Assembly: GCA_041737355.1 (NCBI GenBank)
Contig: JBGSRW010000006.1
Span: 3,246 to 67,245, forward strand
DNA length: 64,000 nt
From: Patescibacteria group bacterium
Lineage (GTDB): Bacteria > Patescibacteriota > Patescibacteriia > XYB2-FULL-38-15
Direction: 5' to 3'
In this document: positions 58,579-64,000 of the stretch, piece by piece
How positions within the stretch are numbered: position 1 is the stretch's first letter
Layout: every line of letters begins with the position of its first letter
The notes under the pieces: model-generated
Database searches by the model: none
What the model saw: the letters and a program-made list of their open reading frames with translations, nothing else
Told to the model about the DNA's origin: nothing
Program-made: the position numbers and the translations under genes

Positions 58579-59571
58579 CTAACCCGAGAGCCGGACCGAC
58601 GGAACGAGCCGGCGGTACCTTGCCCGAAGCTTACCGTTCAGTGCGGCATTCCGGGGAAGGCCTCGGACCAAGAGTTCGATTCTCCCGCTTACAACGTGGC
58701 TTCTTACCTGGAGCACTTCGTTGGAGCCCTCTCTTTCGTTGTAGGCAGTCCGGAGACAGACCGGTTCGTCCTGATCGAGGATGTCGCAGGAGATCTCCTT
58801 CATGACTACCCAGGCAAGCAGATACTCCTCAAGCGAGAGCACCTCCCAACCAGCGGGCGCCTGCCGCTCGAATTCGCTGAAGTTCTTACCATGCCGCGGC
58901 GCGCTTCCGCCGATCTCCGCCCAGAACCAGTAGCCTTCGCTTGTGGGAGAGAAGGCAATCCAGCTCCTGTCTCCCTCCCGCAGGGTCGAATGGCCTCCGA
59001 GGCCGATGGCCTCCATCAGTCGGCCGTAGGAAACCTTGACCTCTGGCGGCCGGTAGATCAGCTGTTTGTTTTCCCCGCAGCCGGTCTCGAATTCCTCGGC
59101 CGTAATCGCCGCCCTGGGTACCTCGATACCGTTGAAGTCGTAGAGGCGGAAGAGATTCTCCGCGGTCTGCCGCCAGTTTTCCACGGGGTCATCAGTTGCC
59201 GCAGAGGGCGGAACCGACGGACATATCCGCCTGGCCACCGTAGCCGTTTTGGGACGAACATCTTCCGACTCGCCCACGAACTGTGCCGCCGCAAGCTGGA
59301 TATCGAGCTCCGCTACACGCGTGCGGAGAAGCTCGAGTTCCTCGCGCTCTTCCGGCTTGAGCTCCGGACAGACGAGCCTCGTCGATTCGGAATCGGAGGT
59401 GTTGCCCTCCAGAGCCGCTTCGATTGCCAACTTGAAACCGCGAAGCGCGATCTCCGCCGTCATTTCCTTACGTTCAACCAAGTCGCAAAGACGCTGCCAC
59501 CTGCCGGCCATCCGCTCCATAAGAGCGAGATCGGCAAGAAGCTTGTCGATTCTCTTCGGGTCTCTTTCCAT
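58579..59571 (-). CDS. Orphan 330-aa protein (coiled-coil N-terminus; possible lectin-like C-terminus)
   Basis: GGAGGAGG RBS; GC-rich; terminator-like hairpin downstream. Confidence 0.75.
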   Translation of the reverse strand: MERDPKRIDKLLADLALMERMAGRWQRLCDLVERKEMTAEIALRGFKLAIEAALEGNTSDSESTRLVCPELKPEEREELELLRTRVAELDIQLAAAQFVGESEDVRPKTATVARRICPSVPPSAATDDPVENWRQTAENLFRLYDFNGIEVPRAAITAEEFETGCGENKQLIYRPPEVKVSYGRLMEAIGLGGHSTLREGDRSWIAFSPTSEGYWFWAEIGGSAPRHGKNFSEFERQAPAGWEVLSLEEYLLAWVVMKEISCDILDQDEPVCLRTAYNEREGSNEVLQVRSHVVSGRIELLVRGLPRNAALNGKLRARYRRLVPSVRLSG

Positions 59572-59720
59572 CTGCCTTCCTCCTCCCCCGCTCTCGGAGG
59601 TTTTTATTATATTTGACGATCATCCACAAATTTGGAGATCTCATTATCTAAATACTTTTTTTCAATTTTGTCAACCCTGATAAAATAAAAAGGGCTGGCT
59701 TGATCCAACCCTCCGCCTCC

Positions 59721-60158
59721 TTACTTTCTTTCGATCTGCTTCCGGCCGGAAGCCCTTGCCCAGCTGCCGCTCGAGATCTCCCCGCCGACCGCGTTGCCGG
59801 CCTTTTTCCTCGGCAAAATCTTTTTCCTAATATACCCCAGGCAATGCTCACTCATTTCGCGCTCAAATTCCTGCCGTCGGGCGGGAAAATTTCTCCACTC
59901 GGCAATGACTCTATCGCATGGCCAACAGAGCTTGTCCGTATTGTACATTGCAAGAGTCGCTCCGCAGCATTCGCATCTCCGTCTACCCGGAATAGTTGGA
60001 AGCGACTGAACGGTCTCGGAGATTTTGTCCTCGCCGTCCGTCTCAGTAAGAGACGCTGTTTCGGGCAAATTTTTCTCCGATGAAACGGGCTCGACGGACG
60101 TCTCGACCGTCTTCGGCTTTTTGGAAAACCCTTCTTTGTCTTTTATTTTTCTCGACAT
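59721..60158 (-). CDS. Hypothetical protein with CxxC-x11-CxxC Zn finger
   Basis: CECC...CWPC; GGAGG RBS; promoter TTGACT-16-TAAAGT. Confidence 0.7.
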   Translation of the reverse strand: MSRKIKDKEGFSKKPKTVETSVEPVSSEKNLPETASLTETDGEDKISETVQSLPTIPGRRRCECCGATLAMYNTDKLCWPCDRVIAEWRNFPARRQEFEREMSEHCLGYIRKKILPRKKAGNAVGGEISSGSWARASGRKQIERK

Positions 60159-60251
60159 TTTCTCTCCTCCGTCTAACTTTAATGATTCTGCCCGAAAAGT
60201 CAATTCAACAAAAAATCCGCCTCTCCGGCGGATTTTTTAATTTTTTATATT

Positions 60252-61520
60252 TTATGCCCAACCTCTAGTCTTAATCGCTTTTTCCAACCGTCCGAGCGCC
60301 AAGGCAAAAACCGCAGTCCGGAAATCAGTTTTATTCTTTTCTTTTATTTCCCATGCCGCGTCAAAATTTTCCACCATGATTTTTTTTAATTTTTCAAAAA
60401 CTTCCTTTTCCGCCCAATAATAATTGGCCAAATTCTGCACCCATTCAAAATAAGAAACCGTCACCCCGCCGGCGTTGGCCAGGACATCAGGAACGATAAG
60501 GGTTCCCTTTTTAAATAATTTTTCATCGGCCTCGGGGGAAGTCGGACCGTTGGCGAGCTCAACGACAACTTTTGCCTTAATTTTCCCCATGTTCTTTTTA
60601 GTAATCTGGTTTTCCAAAGCCGCTAAAATTAAAATATCGCAATCGGTTTCCAAAAGCTTATCGTTTGTAATGTGGACATGATTTTTGCAGGAACATTTTA
60701 TTTCGCTGCACTCACAGACATCAACCATTCCTTTTTGTTCCTTTATTTTGGCGATAACATGGGAATCGAAGCCCTTACCGGTTTTATCTATAATCGCGGT
60801 TTGCGAATCGGAAATACCAATGATTTTATAGCCAGCGTGAAAACATAAATCGGCCATGTTGTAACCGGCGTTGCCAAAACCTTGGATGACAATTTTTGTT
60901 TTTTGGGGGTCAATTTTTAATTTTTTTACCACTTCTTCCAAAATATAAAATCCTCCTTGGGCCGTTGCCGTCCCCCGCCCGGCCGAACCGCCGAGCTCAA
61001 GGGGCTTTCCTGTAACGACACCCGGAACATTATATCCTTTTATTTTGGAAAATTCGTCCATTATCCAGGCCATGATTTGGGGTGTGGTATAGACGTCAGG
61101 CGCCGGAATATCTTTTTCCGGACCAATATCGTTTTGCAGTGCTTGAGTATATCCCCGGGCCAATCTCTCGATTTCACCACGGCTCAACTTTTTCGGATCA
61201 ACCGTAACTCCGCCCTTTCCCCCGCCGTAAGGAATCCCGACTGCGGCGCATTTGATCGTCATCCAAAAAGACAATGCCTCCACTTCATTCAAGTCGGTTT
61301 GCTGATGAAAACGGATTCCGCCCTTGAATGGCCCCCTGGCGTTGTTCCACTGGACTCGATAGCCGTCAAAAACTCTCGTTTCACCGCTGTCCATTTTGAC
61401 CGGAATGGAAAATTGCAAAATCTTTTTCGGTTTTTTCAAAATTTCTAAAACTGCCGTATCAAGTTTTATAAGTTCGGCCGCCTTTTTCAATTGCGCGAGA
61501 GCGTTTTGTAACGGGCTCAT
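60252..61520 (-). CDS. gdhA: Glu/Leu/Phe/Val dehydrogenase (glutamate dehydrogenase-like)
   Basis: GPFKGGIRF, GGGKGG, DIPAPD, QGFGNAG, ELANGPT, NAGGVTVSYFEWVQN. Confidence 0.94.
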   Translation of the reverse strand: MSPLQNALAQLKKAAELIKLDTAVLEILKKPKKILQFSIPVKMDSGETRVFDGYRVQWNNARGPFKGGIRFHQQTDLNEVEALSFWMTIKCAAVGIPYGGGKGGVTVDPKKLSRGEIERLARGYTQALQNDIGPEKDIPAPDVYTTPQIMAWIMDEFSKIKGYNVPGVVTGKPLELGGSAGRGTATAQGGFYILEEVVKKLKIDPQKTKIVIQGFGNAGYNMADLCFHAGYKIIGISDSQTAIIDKTGKGFDSHVIAKIKEQKGMVDVCECSEIKCSCKNHVHITNDKLLETDCDILILAALENQITKKNMGKIKAKVVVELANGPTSPEADEKLFKKGTLIVPDVLANAGGVTVSYFEWVQNLANYYWAEKEVFEKLKKIMVENFDAAWEIKEKNKTDFRTAVFALALGRLEKAIKTRGWA

Positions 61521-61523
61521 AAA

Positions 61524-62444
61524 TTATTTGTTAATTTTCGTTTTTTGCAAATAAGCGTAAGCTGAAAGGGCGGCTTTTGCTCCTTCCCCGGCGGCAATGA
61601 CAATTTGTTTGTAAGGAACGGTCGTTGCGTCGCCGGCGGCGAAAACTCCGGAAAAATTGGTTTCATTCTTTTGGTTGATAATTATCTGCTGGTTTTCATC
61701 GAGTGCCACAAGCTTTTTCACAAAATCAGATTCAACAATATGGCCGATTTCGACAAACACTCCGTTAACCTCGACCTCACGCTTCTCCCCTCCGGAAACA
61801 CTCTCAACGGCAAGGCTACATATTTTTTTATCACCGCCCAACCCTTTGACTTCCGAACTTAGAACGATCTCGACATTCGACAGGGATTTTATCTCGTTGA
61901 TTCTTGCCTCTTCGGCCCGAAAACCGTCGCGCCGATGGATAAGATAAACTTTCTTGGCAAACTTGGACAAGAGAATCGCGGCATCAAGCGCGGCGTTCCC
62001 TCCGCCTACTACGGCAACGACTTTATTTTTATAAAACGGGGCATCGCAAGTCGCGCAATAAGAAATTCCGCAGCCCTTGAATCTATCCTCGTCTGGGATA
62101 CCAAGCTTCCGGGGAACGGCGCCGAAAGCGAGAATAACCGCCCTCCCTTCAAAAACTTCTCCGTCTTTATCTTTTATTTCAAATTTTTCACCGTCTTTCA
62201 GGATTTCCTTGGCTTCAGTCGCGATAATTTCCGCCCCGACCGTTTTTGCCTGCTCGGCTATCTTCTGCATCAATTCAAAACCCGGGACCAGACCGAGGCC
62301 GGGGTAATTCTCGACCTTGGAAGCGTAAACAGCTTGGCCTCCTGTTTCTTTTCCCAAAACCAAAACTTTAAGCGCCCGGCGCGCTGCGTAAATCGCTGCT
62401 GTGAGGCCAGCTGGACCGGACCCGACGATAATTAAGTCGTACAT
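61524..62444 (-). CDS. trxB: Thioredoxin reductase
   Basis: GSGPAG, CATCD, VGGGNAA, FAAGD. Confidence 0.95.
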   Translation of the reverse strand: MYDLIIVGSGPAGLTAAIYAARRALKVLVLGKETGGQAVYASKVENYPGLGLVPGFELMQKIAEQAKTVGAEIIATEAKEILKDGEKFEIKDKDGEVFEGRAVILAFGAVPRKLGIPDEDRFKGCGISYCATCDAPFYKNKVVAVVGGGNAALDAAILLSKFAKKVYLIHRRDGFRAEEARINEIKSLSNVEIVLSSEVKGLGGDKKICSLAVESVSGGEKREVEVNGVFVEIGHIVESDFVKKLVALDENQQIIINQKNETNFSGVFAAGDATTVPYKQIVIAAGEGAKAALSAYAYLQKTKINK

Positions 62445-62447
62445 AAA

Positions 62448-62774
62448 TTATTTTTTCGCTTTTTCAAGACGATTTTTAATTTCTTCCTTGTTTTGAATTC
62501 CGACAAACTCGTCGACGACTTGCCCACCCTTAAAAATTTTAAAAGTTGGTATACTCATCACATTATATTTTTCCGCTGTCGCCGCCGCCTCGTCAACATT
62601 AAGTTTCGCCACTTTCACCGGCTGGCCCTCAAGCTCTTTAGCTACCTCCTCGACGATCGGCCCCATCATTTTGCATGGTCCGCACCAAGGCGCCCAAAAA
62701 TCAACTAAAACCGGCACCTCCGATTTTAAAACTTCATTCTCAAAATTTTGATCGTTCAAGATAATTTCCGCCAT
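62448..62774 (-). CDS. trxA: Thioredoxin
   Basis: WAPWCGPC, SIPT. Confidence 0.97.
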   Translation of the reverse strand: MAEIILNDQNFENEVLKSEVPVLVDFWAPWCGPCKMMGPIVEEVAKELEGQPVKVAKLNVDEAAATAEKYNVMSIPTFKIFKGGQVVDEFVGIQNKEEIKNRLEKAKK

Positions 62775-62882
62775 AAAATTAAGCTTAATAATTATTTACC
62801 CATTATAACAGCAAATGACGCGAAAAACAAAAAACAGAGACAAAAATACCGGACAAACCCGGTATTTTTTACTTTATCAAAT

Positions 62883-64000
62883 TTATTCTAATTTTCTGAT
62901 TCTTTTTTCTTCTTTATACATCGCCAGAACATCTCCAACCTGAATAATCGGTTTGCCCTTGTATTTTATTCCGCATTCCTGCCCGGCCGCGGCCTCTTTT
63001 ATTTCCGCTTTGGCCGACTGCAACTGAATTAAAATTCCTTCACCAATCTCTTCCTGTTTCCTCAAAATTTTTATCTTTGTCTGGCCAGCCTTAGGGTCAA
63101 AAACAATTTTTCCCTCCCTGACCTTCCCGCCAACAATCATGCTAGCCGGCTCCGTCCGGAAAATCGCGGCAACCTCCATTTTCCCAAGTTCTGTCCGGAT
63201 AATTTCAACGTCAAGCAGGGCTTCGAGTCCATTTTTAACTTCATCGATAAGATTGTATATAATATTGAAAATTTTTATTTCTACTCCCTTATCGCGGGCC
63301 AGTTCTTCAATATTCGGCCCCATCAAAACATTGAAACCAAAAATTTTTGCCCCGATAGCCTCGGCCTGTAGAACTTCCGCTTCGGTGATATTCCCCAATC
63401 CGCGGCTGACTATTTCAAGACTTACTGTCGGATAATCCATTTTTTCAAAAGACGCTAAAAGCGCTTCAAGCGATCCCAAAACATCGGTTTTCAAAATAAC
63501 ATTCAGTTTTTTCTTTTTCTTTTCCTCTTCATCGCCGGTTTTTTTAACTACAACCTGGTCACGGCGTGCATAGGTCGGTTTTATTTTCCTTTGGCACTCG
63601 CTCAAATCTCCCTTAACTTCCAAAATATCCCCGACTTGAGGAGCCGCCTTAAGGCCTAAAATTTTTACCGGCGTGCCTGGGGTTGCTTCGTCAACAACTT
63701 CGCCACGAAAATTTTTCATTGCCCTTGTCCGGCCATATAAAACATTATCAACGGTCAAATTATCGTTACGATTAAGAGTTCCGGCCTGGACCAAAACCGT
63801 AGCTACCGGTCCCTCACCTTTATCTATATGTGATTCAATAACCGTACCCAAGGCACAACGATCGGGGTTTGCCATAATTTTCTCCTTCTCCATGTCGGCA
63901 AGAAGAAGAACCATGTCCAAAAGGTCGTCTATCCCAGTCATCTGTTTGGCGGAAATCGGCACACAGATGGTTTTGCCTCCCCAGTCTTCGGGAATCAAGT
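62883..64000 (-). CDS. infB: Translation initiation factor IF-2, C-terminal part (truncated by window edge)
   Basis: EDWGG...ISAK, GPVATV, DVLGSLEA, IIYNLID, GQECG. Confidence 0.95.
   Translation of the reverse strand, partial: LIPEDWGGKTICVPISAKQMTGIDDLLDMVLLLADMEKEKIMANPDRCALGTVIESHIDKGEGPVATVLVQAGTLNRNDNLTVDNVLYGRTRAMKNFRGEVVDEATPGTPVKILGLKAAPQVGDILEVKGDLSECQRKIKPTYARRDQVVVKKTGDEEEKKKKKLNVILKTDVLGSLEALLASFEKMDYPTVSLEIVSRGLGNITEAEVLQAEAIGAKIFGFNVLMGPNIEELARDKGVEIKIFNIIYNLIDEVKNGLEALLDVEIIRTELGKMEVAAIFRTEPASMIVGGKVREGKIVFDPKAGQTKIKILRKQEEIGEGILIQLQSAKAEIKEAAAGQECGIKYKGKPIIQVGDVLAMYKEEKRIRKLE

Noticed and set aside
1-64000. Alternative genetic code (UGA=Gly, code 25)
   Set aside because: All core genes are full length under code 11, and TGA terminates genes such as recO, scpB and comEC
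1-64000. CRISPR array, integrase, transposase, prophage, DGR reverse transcriptase
   Set aside because: No spaced direct repeats or recognisable enzyme motifs found

Overview
A 64-kb stretch of mostly core chromosome from a bacterium using the standard code, very likely Patescibacteria (CPR). This is inferred from the missing rpmD/L30 between rpsE and rplO, AT-rich SD-less starts, short Rel, split ComEC with DprA, and extended r-proteins. It carries der-pth-dprA-topA, rel, parAB, four tRNAs, scpAB, lon, aspS/asnS, an isolated pyrB, recO-ruvX-map-adk-secY with the spc/S10/str clusters, rpmB, eno, ndk, comEC, leuS, gdh-trxB-trxA and the 3' part of infB. Orphan genes are scattered between these. 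The strongest signals are non-coding. (1) Two homologous promoter cassettes have a (GA)n microsatellite filling the TTGCAA..TACTAT spacer (27 and 23 nt, both reducible to 17 by losing whole repeats) and share a 5' leader upstream of two orphan genes, which suggests phase variation. (2) An unannotated Phe-rich leader peptide with a complete 1:2/2:3/3:4 attenuator geometry sits upstream of an orphan gene. (3) A promoter-backed, long-hairpin ncRNA candidate lies antisense between pth and dprA. (4) The initiator tRNA is non-canonical, and a CCA-less tRNA-Pro has leader and trailer that pair for 14 bp. (5) A Phd/YefM-like orphan is inserted between fusA and tuf. All family assignments come from motif recognition by eye; no searches were run.
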